A stretch of DNA of 64,000 nucleotides, taken from assembly GCA_964016885.1 (NCBI GenBank), contig OZ024749.1, forward strand, positions 19,406,001-19,470,000. The letters are read 5' to 3'. The notes beneath the pieces are model-generated. The model was given only the letters and a program-made list of their open reading frames with translations, made no database searches and was not told the origin of the DNA. Each line of letters opens with the position of its first letter. The stretch's first letter is position 1. This document shows, piece by piece, positions 48,201-63,700 of this stretch. The DNA is from Eledone cirrhosa (Eukaryota). Both the position numbers and the translations under genes were made by a program.

Positions 48201-51200
48201 ATGACTGTATTTACACTATCTATACACTGTTAATGACTGTATTTACACTATCTATACATTGTTAATGACTGTATTTACACTATCTATACACTGTTAATGA
48301 CTGTATTTACACTATCTATACACTGTTAATGACTGTATTTACACTATCTATACACTGTTAATGACTGTATTTACACTATCTATACACTGTTTATGACTGT
48401 ATTTACACTATCTATACACTGTTAATGACTGTATTTACACTATCTATACACTGTTAATGACTGTATTTACACTATCTATACACCGTTAATGACTGTATTT
48501 ACACTATCTATACACTGTTAATGACTGTATTAACATTATCTATACACTGTTAATGACTATTTACACTATCTATACACCGTTAATGACTGTATTTACACTA
48601 TCTATACACCGTTAATGACTGTATTTACACTATCTATACACTGTTAATGACTGTATTTACACTATCTATACACCGTTAATGACTGTATTTACACTATCTA
48701 TACACTGTTAATGACTGTATTTACACTATCTATACACTGTTAATAACTGTATTTACACTATCTATACACTGTTAATAACTGTATTTACACTATCTATACA
48801 CTGTTAATAACTGTATTTACACTATCTATACACTGTTAATAACTGTATTTACACTATCTATACATTGTTAATGACTGTATTTACACTATCTATACACTGT
48901 TAATAACTGTATTTACACTATCTATACACTGTTAATAACTGTATTTACACTATCTATACACTGTTAATAACTGTATTTACACTATCTATACACTGTTAAT
49001 GACTGTATTTACACTATCTATACATTGTTAATGACTGTATTTACACTATCTATACATTGTTAATGACTGTATTTACACTATCTATACATTGTTAATGACT
49101 GTATTTACACTATCTATGCACTGTTAATGACTGGATTTACACTATCTATACACTGTTAATGACTGTATTTACACTATCTATACATTGTTAATGACTGTAT
49201 TTACACTATCTATACACTGTTAATCACTGTATTTACACTATCTATACACTGTTAATGACTGTATTTACACTATCTATACACTGTTAATCACTCTATTTAC
49301 ACTATCTATACACTGTTAATGACTGTATTTACACTATCTATACATTGTTAATGACTGTATTTACACTATCTATACATTGTTAATGACTGTATTTACACTA
49401 TCTATACACTGTTAATGACTGTATTTACACTATCTATACACTGTTAATGACTGTATTTACACTATCTATACATTGTTAATGACTGTATTTACACTATCTA
49501 TACACTGTTAATGACTGTATTTACACTATCTATACACTGTTAATGACTGTATTTACACTATCTATACATTGTTAATGACTGTATTTACACTATCTATACA
49601 CTGTTAATGACTGTATTTACACTATCTATACACTGTTAATGACTGTATTTACGCTATCTATACACTGTTAATGACTGTATTTACACTATCTATACACTGT
49701 TAATGACTGTATTTACACTATCTATACACTGTTAATAACTGTATTTACACTATCTATACACTGTTAATAACTGTATTTACACTATCTATACACTGTTAAT
49801 GACTGTATTTACACTATCTATACACTGTTAATGACTGTATTTACACTATCTATACACCGTTAATGACTGTATTTACATTATCTATACACTGTTAATGACT
49901 CTATTTACACTATCTATACACCGTTAATGACTGTATTTACATTATCTATACACTGTTAATGACTGTATTTACACTATCTATACACTGTTAATGACTGTAT
50001 TTACACTATCTATACACCGTTAATGACTGTATTTACACTATCTATACACTGTTACTGACTGTATTTACACTATCTATACACTGTTAATAACTGTATTTAC
50101 ACTATCTATACACTGTTATTGACTGTATTTACACTATCTATACACTGTTAATAACTGTATTTACACTATCCATACACTGTTAATAACTGTATTTACACTA
50201 TCTATACACTGTTAATAACTGTATTTACACTATCTATACATTGTTAATAACTGTATTTACACTATCTATACACTGTTAATGACTGTATTTACACTATCTA
50301 TACACTGTTAATGACTGTATTTACACTATCTATACACTGTTAATAACTGTATTTACACTATCTATACATTGTTAATAACTGTATTTACACTATCTATACA
50401 TTGTTAATGACTGTATTTACACTATCTATACACTGTTAATGACTGTATTTACACTATCTATACACTGTTTATGACTGTATTTACACTATCTATACACTGT
50501 TAATGACTGTATTTACACTATCTATACACTGTTAATGACTGTATTTACACTATCTATACACCGTTAATGACTGTATTTAAACTATCTATACACTGTTAAT
50601 GACTGTATTAACATTATCTATACACTGTTAATGACTATTTACACTATCTATACACCGTTAATGACTGTATTTACACTATCTATACACCGTTAATGACTGT
50701 ATTTACACTATCTATACACTGTTAATGACTGTATTTACACTATCTATACACCGTTAATGACTGTATTTACACTATCTATACACTGTTAATGACTGTATTT
50801 ACACTATCTATACACTGTTAATAACTGTATTTACATTATCGATACACTGTTAATGACTCTATTTACACTATCTATACACCGTTAATGACTGTATTTACAT
50901 TATCTATACACTGTTAATAACTGTATTTACACTATCTATACACTGTTAATAACTGTATTTACACTATCTATACACTGTTAATAACTGTATTTACACTATC
51001 TATACATTGTTAATGACTGTATTTACACTATCTATACACTGTTAATAACTGTATTTACACTATCTATACACTGTTAATGACTGTATTTACACTATCTATA
51101 CACTGTTAATAACTGTATTTACACTATCTATACACTGTTAATAACTGTATTTACACTATCTATACACTGTTAATAACTGTATTTACACTATCTATACACT

Positions 51201-54200
51201 GTTAATGACTGTATTTACACTATCTATACATTGTTAATGACTGTATTTACACTATCTATACATTGTTAATGACTGTATTTACACTATCTATACATTGTTA
51301 ATGACTGTATTTACACTATCTATGCACTGTTAATGACTGGATTTACACTATCTATACACTGTTAATGACTGTATTTACACTATCTATACATTGTTAATGA
51401 CTGTATTTACACTATCTATACACTGTTAATCACTGTATTTACACTATCTATACACTGTTAATGACTGTATTTACACTATCTATACACTGTTAATCACTCT
51501 ATTTACACTATCTATACACTGTTAATGACTGTATTTACACTATCTATACATTGTTAATGACTGTATTTACACTATCTATACATTGTTAATGACTGTATTT
51601 ACACTATCTATACACTGTTAATGACTGTATTTACACTATCTATACACTGTTAATGACTGTATTTACACTATCTATACATTGTTAATAACTGTATTTACAC
51701 TATCTATACACTGTTAATAACTGTATTTACACTATCTATACATTGTTAATGACTGTATTTACACTATCTATACACTGTTAATGACTGTATTTACACTATC
51801 TATACACCGTTAATGACTGTATTTACATTATCTATACACTGTTAATGACTCTATTTACACTATCTATACACTGTTAATAACTGTATTTACACTATCTATA
51901 CACTGTTAATAACTGTATTTACACTATCTATACACTGTTAATGACTGTATTTACACTATCTATACACTGTTAATGACTGTATTTACACTATCTATACACC
52001 GTTAATGACTGTATTTACATTATCGATACACTGTTAATGACTCTATTTACACTATCTATACACCGTTAATGACTGTATTTACATTATCTATACACTGTTA
52101 ATGACTGTATTTACACTATCTATACACTGTTAATGACTGTATTTACACTATCTATACACCGTTAATGACTGTATTTACACTATCTATACACTGTTACTGA
52201 CTGTATTTACACTATCTATACACTGTTAATAACTGTATTTACACTATCTATACGCTGTTATTGACTGTATTTACACTATCTATACACTGTTAATAACTGT
52301 ATTTACACTATCCATACACTGTTAATAACTGTATTTACACTATCTATACACTGTTAATAACTGTATTTACACTATCTATACATTGTTAATGACTGTATTT
52401 ACACTATCTATACACTGTTATTGACTGTATTTACACTATCTATACACTGTTAATAACTGTATTTACACTATCTATACATTGTTAATAACTGTATTTACAC
52501 TATCTATACACTGTTAATGACTGTATTTACACTATCTATACACTGTTAATGACTGTATTTACACTATCTATACACTGTTAATAACTGTATTTACACTATC
52601 TATACATTGTTAATAACTGTATTTACACTATCTATACATTGTTAATGACTGTATTTACACTATCTATACACTGTTAATGACTGTATTTACACTATCTATA
52701 CACTGTTAATAACTGTATTTACACTATCTATACACTGTTAATGACTGTATTTACACTATCTATACACTGTTAATGACTGTATTTACACTATCTATACACC
52801 GTTAATGACTGTATTTACATTATCTATACACTGTTAATGACTGTATTTACACTATCTATACACTGTTAATGACTGTATTTACACTATCTATACACTGTTA
52901 ATAACTGTATTTACACTGTTAATAACTGTATTTACACTATCTATACACTGTTAATGACTGTATTTACACTATCTATACATTGTTAATGACTGTATTTACA
53001 CTATCTATACATTGTTAATGACTGTATTTACACTATCTATACATTGTTAATGACTGTATTTACACTATACACTGTTAATGACTGTATTTACACTATCTAT
53101 ACATTGTTAATGACTGTATTTACACTATCTATACACTGTTAATGACTGCATTTACACTATCTATACACTGTTAATGACTGTATTTACACTATCTAAACAC
53201 TGTTAATGACTGTATTTACACTATCTATACACTGTTAATGACTGTATTTACACTATCTATACACTGTTAATGACTGTATTTACACTATCTATACACCGTT
53301 AATGACTGTATTTATGCTATCTATACACTGTTAATGACTGTATTAACATTATCTATACACTGTTAATGACTGTATTTACACTATCTATACACTGTTAATG
53401 ACTGTATTTACACTATCTATACACTGTTAATGACTGTATTTACACTATCTATACATTGTTAATGACTGTATTTACACTATCTATACACTGTTAATGACTG
53501 TATTTACACTATCTATACACTGTTAATGACTGTATTTACACTATCTATACACTGTTAATGACTGTATTTACACTATCTATACACTGTTTATGACTGTATT
53601 TACACTATCTATACACTGTTAATGACTGTATTTACACTATCTATACACTGTTAATGACTGTATTTACACTATCTATACACCGTTAATGACTGTATTTACA
53701 CTATCTATACACTGTTAATGACTGTATTAACATTATCTATACACTGTTAATGACTATTTACACTATCTATACACCGTTAATGACTGTATTTACACTATCT
53801 ATACACCGTTAATGACTGTATTTACACTATCTATACACTGTTAATGACTGTATTTACACTATCTATACACCGTTAATGACTGTATTTACACTATCTATAC
53901 ACTGTTAATGACTGTATTTACACTATCTATACACTGTTAATAACTGTATTTACACTATCTATACACTGTTAATAACTGTATTTACACTATCTATACACTG
54001 TTAATAACTGTATTTACACTATCTATACACTGTTAATAACTGTATTTACACTATCTATACATTGTTAATGACTGTATTTACACTATCTATACACTGTTAA
54101 TAACTGTATTTACACTATCTATACACTGTTAATAACTGTATTTACACTATCTATACACTGTTAATAACTGTATTTACACTATCTATACACTGTTAATGAC

Positions 54201-55665
54201 TGTATTTACACTATCTATACATTGTTAATGACTGTATTTACACTATCTATACATTGTTAATGACTGTATTTACACTATCTATACATTGTTAATGACTGTA
54301 TTTACACTATCTATGCACTGTTAATGACTGGATTTACACTATCTATACACTGTTAATGACTGTATTTACACTATCTATACATTGTTAATGACTGTATTTA
54401 CACTATCTATACACTGTTAATCACTGTATTTACACTATCTATACACTGTTAATGACTGTATTTACACTATCTATACACTGTTAATCACTCTATTTACACT
54501 ATCTATACACTGTTAATGACTGTATTTACACTATCTATACATTGTTAATGACTGTATTTACACTATCTATACATTGTTAATGACTGTATTTACACTATCT
54601 ATACACTGTTAATGACTGTATTTACACTATCTATACACTGTTAATGACTGTATTTACACTATCTATACATTGTTAATGACTGTATTTACACTATCTATAC
54701 ACTGTTAATGACTGTATTTACACTATCTATACACTGTTAATGACTGTATTTACACTATCTATACATTGTTAATGACTGTATTTACACTATCTATACACTG
54801 TTAATGACTGTATTTACACTATCTATACACTGTTAATGACTGTATTTACGCTATCTATACACTGTTAATGACTGTATTTACACTATCTATACACTGTTAA
54901 TGACTGTATTTACACTATCTATACACTGTTAATAACTGTATTTACACTATCTATACACTGTTAATAACTGTATTTACACTATCTATACACTGTTAATGAC
55001 TGTATTTACACTATCTATACACTGTTAATGACTGTATTTACACTATCTATACACCGTTAATGACTGTATTTACATTATCTATACACTGTTAATGACTCTA
55101 TTTACACTATCTATACACCGTTAATGACTGTATTTACATTATCTATACACTGTTAATGACTGTATTTACACTATCTATACACTGTTAATGACTGTATTTA
55201 CACTATCTATACACCGTTAATGACTGTATTTACACTATCTATACACTGTTACTGACTGTATTTACACTATCTATACACTGTTAATAACTGTATTTACACT
55301 ATCTATACACTGTTATTGACTGTATTTACACTATCTATACACTGTTAATAACTGTATTTACACTATCCATACACTGTTAATAACTGTATTTACACTATCT
55401 ATACACTGTTAATAACTGTATTTACACTATCTATACATTGTTAATAACTGTATTTACACTATCTATACACTGTTAATGACTGTATTTACACTATCTATAC
55501 ACTGTTAATGACTGTATTTACACTATCTATACACTGTTAATAACTGTATTTACACTATCTATACATTGTTAATAACTGTATTTACACTATCTATACATTG
55601 TTAATGACTGTATTTACACTATCTATACACTGTTAATGACTGTATTTACACTATCTATACACTGT
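45205..55665. repeat. 163-monomer tandem duplication (5,197 bp), 2 copies
   Basis: tttaaact (aaa) 45382/50579, tacgctgttatt (g) 47057/52254, ctaaac 47996/53193. 163x32 = 5216 minus deletions 11+4+2+2 = 5197. Confidence 0.9.
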
Positions 55666-57267
55666 TAATAACTGTATTTACACTATCTATACACTGTTAA
55701 TGACTGTATTTACACTATCTATACACTGTTAATGACTGTATTTACACTATCTATACACCGTTAATGACTATTTACATTATCTATACACTGTTAATGACTG
55801 TATTTACACTATCTATACACTGTTAATGACTGTATTTACACTATCTATACACTGTTAATAACTGTATTTACACTGTTAATAACTGTATTTACACTATCTA
55901 TACACTGTTAATGACTGTATTTACACTATCTATACATTGTTAATGACTGTATTTACACTATCTATACATTGTTAATGACTGTATTTACACTATCTATACA
56001 TTGTTAATGACTGTATTTACACTATCTATACACTGTTAATGACTGTATTTACACTATCTATACATTGTTAATGACTGTATTTACACTATCTATACATTGT
56101 TAATGACTGTATTTACACTATCTATACACTGTTAATGACTGCATTTACACTATCTATACACTGTTAATGACTGTATTTACACTATCTATACACTGTTAAT
56201 GACTGTATTTACACTATCTATACACTGTTAATGACTGTATTTACACTATCTATACACTGTTAATGACTGTATTTACACTATCTATACACCGTTAATGACT
56301 GTATTTATGCTATCTATACACTGTTAATGACTGTATTAACATTATCTATACACTGTTAATGACTGTATTTACACTATCTATACACTGTTAATGACTGTAT
56401 TTACACTATCTATACACTGTTAATGACTGTATTTACACTATCTATACATTGTTAATGACTGTATTTACACTATCTATACACTGTTAATGACTGTATTTAC
56501 ACTATCTATACACTGTTAATGACTGTATTTACACTATCTATACACTGTTAATGACTGTATTTACACTATCTATACACTGTTTATGACTGTATTTACACTA
56601 TCTATACACTGTTAATGACTGTATTTACACTATCTATACACCGTTAATGACTGTATTTACACTATCTATACACTGTTAATGACTGTATTAACATTATCTA
56701 TACACTGTTAATGACTATTTACACTATCTATACACCGTTAATGACTGTATTTACACTATCTATACACCGTTAATGACTGTATTTACACTATCTATACACT
56801 GTTAATGACTGTATTTACACTATCTATACACCGTTAATGACTGTATTTACACTATCTATACACTGTTAATGACTGTATTTACACTATCTATACACTGTTA
56901 ATGACTGTACTTACACTATCTATACACTGTTAATGACTGTATTTACACTATCTATACACTGTTAATGACTGTATTTACACTATCTATACACTGTTAATGA
57001 CTGTATTTACACTATCTATACACTGTTAATAACTGTATTTACACTATCTATACATTGTTAATGACTGTATTTACACTAACTATACACTGTTAATGACTGT
57101 TTTTACACTATCTATACACTGTAAATAACTGTATTTACATTATCTATACCTTATTAATAACTGTATTTACACTATCTATACACTGTTAATAACTGTATTT
57201 ACACTATCTATACACTGTTAATAACTGTATTTACACTATCTATACACTTAATGACTGTATTAACATT

Positions 57268-58337
57268 ATCTATACACTGTTAATGACTGTATTTACACTA
57301 TCTATACATTGTTAATGACTGTATTTACACTATCTATACACTGTTAATGACTGTATTTACACTATCTATACACTGTTAATAACTGTATTTACACTATCTA
57401 TACACTGTTAATGACTGTATTTACACTATCTATACACTGTTAATGACTGTATTTACACTATCTATACACTGTTAATGACTGTATTTACGCTATCTATACA
57501 TTGTTAATGACTGTATTTACACTATCTATACACTGTTAATGACTGTATTTACACTATCTATACACTGTTAATAACTGTATTTACACTATCTATACACTGT
57601 TAATGACTGTATTTACACTATCTATACACTGTTTATAACTGTATTTACACTATCTATACACTGTTAATAACTGTATTTACACTATCTATACACTGTTAAT
57701 AACTGTATTTACACTATCTATACATTGTTAATGACTGTATTTACATTATTTATACACTGTTAATGACTGTATTTACACTATCTATACACTGTTAAGACTG
57801 TATTTACACTATCTATACACCGTTAATGACTGTATTTACACTATCTATACACTGTTAATAACTGTATTTACACTATCTATACACTGTTAATGACTGTATT
57901 TACACTATCTATACACCGTTAATGACTGTATTTACACTATCTATACACTGTTAATAACTGTATTTACACTATCTATACACCGTTAATGACTGTATTTACA
58001 TTATCTATACACTGTTAATGACTGTATTTACACTATCTATACACCGTTAATGACTGTATTTACATTATCAATACACTGTTAATGACTGTATTTACACTAT
58101 CTATACACTGTTAATGACTGTATTTACACTATCTATACACCGTTAATGACTGTATTTACACTATCTATACACTGTTAATCACTGTATTTACACTATCTAT
58201 ACACTGTTAATGACTGTATTTACACTATCTATGCACTGTTAATGACTGGATTTACACTATCTATACACTGTTAATGACTGTATTTACACTATCTATACAC
58301 CGTTAATGACTGTATTTACACTATCTATACACTGTTA
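57268..58337. repeat. Dispersed copy of window positions ~1-1070 (offset 57,267 bp)
   Basis: cgctatctatacattg 221/57488, atttatac 481/57748, atcact 911/58178 and tctatgcac 961/58228 all share the same offset. Confidence 0.87.
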
Positions 58338-60789
58338 ATGACTGTATTTACACTATCTATACACTGTTAATGACTGTATTTACACTATCTATACACTGTT
58401 AATAACTGTATTTACACTATCTATACATTGTTAATAACTGTATTTACACTATCTATACATTGTTAATGACTGTATTTACACTATCTATACACTGTTAATG
58501 ACTGTTTTTACACTATCTATACACTGTTAATAACTGTATTTACACTATCTATACACTGTTAATGACTGTATTTACACTATCTATACACTGTTAATGACTG
58601 TATTTACACTATCTATACACCGTTAATGACTGTATTTACATTATCTATACACTGTTAATGACTGTATTTACACTATCTATACACTGTTAATGACTGTATT
58701 TACACTATCTATACACTGTTAATAACTGTATTTACACTGTTAATAACTGTATTTACACTATCTATACATTGTTAATGACTGTATTTACACTATCTATACA
58801 TTGTTAATGACTGTATTTACACTATACACTGTTAATGACTGTATTTACACTATCTATACATTGTTAATGACTGTATTTACACTATCTATACACTGTTAAT
58901 GACTGCATTTACACTATCTATACACTGTTAATGACTGTATTTACACTATCTAAACACTGTTAATGACTGTATTTACACTATCTATACACTGTTAATGACT
59001 GTATTTACACTATCTATACACTGTTAATGACTGTATTTACACTATCTATACACTGTTAATGACTGTATTTACACTATCTATACACTGTTTATGACTGTAT
59101 TTACACTATCTATACACTGTTAATGACTGTATTTACACTATCTATACACTGTTAATGACTGTATTTACACTATCTATACACCGTTAATGACTGTATTTAC
59201 ACTATCTATACACTGTTAATGACTGTATTTACACTATCTATACACTGTTAATAACTGTATTTACATTATCGATACACTGTTAATGACTCTATTTACACTA
59301 TCTATACACCGTTAATGACTGTATTTACATTATCTATACACTGTTAATAACTGTATTTACACTATCTATACACTGTTAATAACTGTATTTACACTATCTA
59401 TACACTGTTAATAACTGTATTTACACTATCTATACATTGTTAATGACTGTATTTACACTATCTATACACTGTTAATAACTGTATTTACACTATCTATACA
59501 CTGTTAATGACTGTATTTACACTATCTATACACTGTTAATAACTGTATTTACACTATCTATACACTGTTAATAACTGTATTTACACTATCTATACACTGT
59601 TAATAACTGTATTTACACTATCTATACACTGTTAATGACTGTATTTACACTATCTATACATTGTTAATGACTGTATTTACACTATCTATACATTGTTAAT
59701 GACTGTATTTACACTATCTATACATTGTTAATGACTGTATTTACACTATCTATGCACTGTTAATGACTGGATTTACACTATCTATGCACTGTTAATGACT
59801 GTATTTACACTATCTATACATTGTTAATGACTGTATTTACACTATCTATACACTGTTAATCACTGTATTTACACTATCTATACACTGTTAATGACTGTAT
59901 TTACACTATCTATACACTGTTAATCACTCTATTTACACTATCTATACACTGTTAATGACTGTATTTACACTATCTATACATTGTTAATGACTGTATTTAC
60001 ACTATCTATACATTGTTAATGACTGTATTTACACTATCTATACACTGTTAATGACTGTATTTACACTATCTATACACTGTTAATGACTGTATTTACACTA
60101 TCTATACATTGTTAATAACTGTATTTACACTATCTATACACTGTTAATAACTGTATTTACACTATCTATACATTGTTAATGACTGTATTTACACTATCTA
60201 TACACTGTTAATGACTGTATTTACACTATCTATACACCGTTAATGACTGTATTTACATTATCTATACACTGTTAATGACTCTATTTACACTATCTATACA
60301 CTGTTAATAACTGTATTTACACTATCTATACACTGTTAATAACTGTATTTACACTATCTATACACTGTTAATGACTGTATTTACACTATCTATACACTGT
60401 TAATGACTGTATTTACGCTATCTATACACCGTTAATGACTGTATTTACATTATCGATACACTGTTAATGACTCTATTTACACTATCTATACACCGTTAAT
60501 GACTGTATTTACATTATCTATACACTGTTAATGACTGTATTTACACTATCTATACACTGTTAATGACTGTATTTACACTATCTATACACCGTTAATGACT
60601 GTATTTACACTATCTATACACTGTTACTGACTGTATTTACACTATCTATACACTGATAATAACTGTATTTACACTATCTATACACTGTTATTGACTGTAT
60701 TTACACTATCTATACACTGTTAATAACTGTATTTACACTATCCATACACTGTTAATAACTGTATTTACACTATCTATACACTGTTAATA

Positions 60790-63700
60790 ACTGTATTTAC
60801 ACTATCTATACATTGTTAATGACTGTATTTACACTATCTATACACTGTTATTGACTGTATTTACACTATCTATACACTGTTAATAACTGTATTTACACTA
60901 TCTATACATTGTTAATAACTGTATTTACACTATCTATACACTGTTAATGACTGTATTTACACTATCTATACACTGTTAATGACTGTATTTACACTATCTA
61001 TACACTGTTAATAACTGTATTTACACTATCTATACATTGTTAATAACTGTATTTACACTATCTATACATTGTTAATGACTGTATTTACACTATCTATACA
61101 CTGTTAATGACTGTATTTACACTATCTATACACTGTTAATAACTGTATTTACACTATCTATACACTGCTAATGACTGTATTTACACTATCTATACACTGT
61201 TAATGACTGTATTTACACTATCTATACACCGTTAATGACTGTATTTACATTATCTATACACTGTTAATGACTGTATTTACACTATCTATACACTGTTAAT
61301 GACTGTATTTACACTATCTATACACTGTTAATAACTGTATTTACACTGTTAATAACTGTATTTACACTATCTATACACTGTTAATGACTGTATTTACACT
61401 ATCTATACATTGTTAATGACTGTATTTACACTATCTATACATTGTTAATGACTGTATTTACACTATCTATACATTGTTAATGACTGTATTTACACTATAC
61501 ACTGTTAATGACTGTATTTACACTATCTATACATTGTTAATGACTGTATTTACACTATCTATACACTGTTAATGACTGCATTTACACTATCTATACACTG
61601 TTAATGACTGTATTTACACTATCTAAACACTGTTAATGACTGTATTTACACTATCTATACACTGTTAATGACTGTATTTACACTATCTATACACTGTTAA
61701 TGACTGTATTTACACTATCTATACACCGTTAATGACTGTATTTATGCTATCTATACACTGTTAATGACTGTATTAACATTATCTATACACTGTTAATGAC
61801 TGTATTTACACTATCTATACACTGTTAATGACTGTATTTACACTATCTATACACTGTTAATGACTGTATTTACACTATCTATACATTGTTAATGACTGTA
61901 TTTACACTATCTATACACTGTTAATGACTGTATTTACACTATCTATACACTGTTAATGACTGCATTTACACTATCTATACACTGTTAATGACTGTATTTA
62001 CACTATCTAAACACTGTTAATGACTGTATTTACACTATCTATACACTGTTAATGACTGTATTTACACTATCTATACACTGTTAATGACTGTATTTACACT
62101 ATCTATACACCGTTAATGACTGTATTTATGCTATCTATACACTGTTAATGACTGTATTAACATTATCTATACACTGTTAATGACTGTATTTACACTATCT
62201 ATACACTGTTAATGACTGTATTTACACTATCTATACACTGTTAATGACTGTATTTACACTATCTATACATTGTTAATGACTGTATTTACACTATCTATAC
62301 ACTGTTAATGACTGTATTTACACTATCTATACACTGTTAATGACTGTATTTACACTATCTATACACTGTTAATGACTGTATTTACACTATCTATACACTG
62401 TTTATGACTGTATTTACACTATCTATACACTGTTAATGACTGTATTTACACTATCTATACACTGTTAATGACTGTATTTACACTATCTATACACCGTTAA
62501 TGACTGTATTTAAACTATCTATACACTGTTAATGACTGTATTAACATTATCTATACACTGTTAATGACTATTTACACTATCTATACACCGTTAATGACTG
62601 TATTTACACTATCTATACACCGTTAATGACTGTATTTACACTATCTATACACTGTTAATGACTGTATTTACACTATCTATACACCGTTAATGACTGTATT
62701 TACACTATCTATACACTGTTAATGACTGTATTTACACTATCTATACACTGTTAATAACTGTATTTACATTATCGATACACTGTTAATGACTCTATTTACA
62801 CTATCTATACACCGTTAATGACTGTATTTACATTATCTATACACTGTTAATAACTGTATTTACACTATCTATACACTGTTAATAACTGTATTTACACTAT
62901 CTATACACTGTTAATAACTGCATTTACACTATCTATTCATTGTTAATGACTGTATTTACACTATCTATACACTGTTAATAACTGTATTTACACTATCTAT
63001 GCACTGTTAATGACTGTATTTACACTATCTATACACTGTTAATAACTGTATTTACACTATCTATACACTGTTAATAACTGTATTTACACTATCTATACAC
63101 TGTTAATAACTGTATTTACACTATCTATACACTGTTAATGACTGTATTTACACTATCTATACATTGTTAATGACTGTATTTACACTATCTATACATTGTT
63201 AATGACTGTATTTACACTATCTATACATTGTTAATGACTGTATTTACACTATCTATGCACTGTTAATGACTGGATTTACACTATCTATACACTGTTAATG
63301 ACTGTATTTACACTATCTATACATTGTTAATGACTGTATTTACACTATCTATACACTGTTAATCACTGTATTTACACTATCTATACACTGTTAATGACTG
63401 TATTTACACTATCTATACACTGTTAATCACTCTATTTACACTATCTATACACTGTTAATGACTGTATTTACACTATCTATACATTGTTAATGACTGTATT
63501 TACACTATCTATACATTGTTAATGACTGTATTTACACTATCTATACACTGTTAATGACTGTATTTACACTATCTATACACTGTTAATGACTGTATTTACA
63601 CTATCTATACATTGTTAATAACTGTATTTACACTATCTATACACTGTTAATAACTGTATTTACACTATCTATACATTGTTAATGACTGTATTTACACTAT

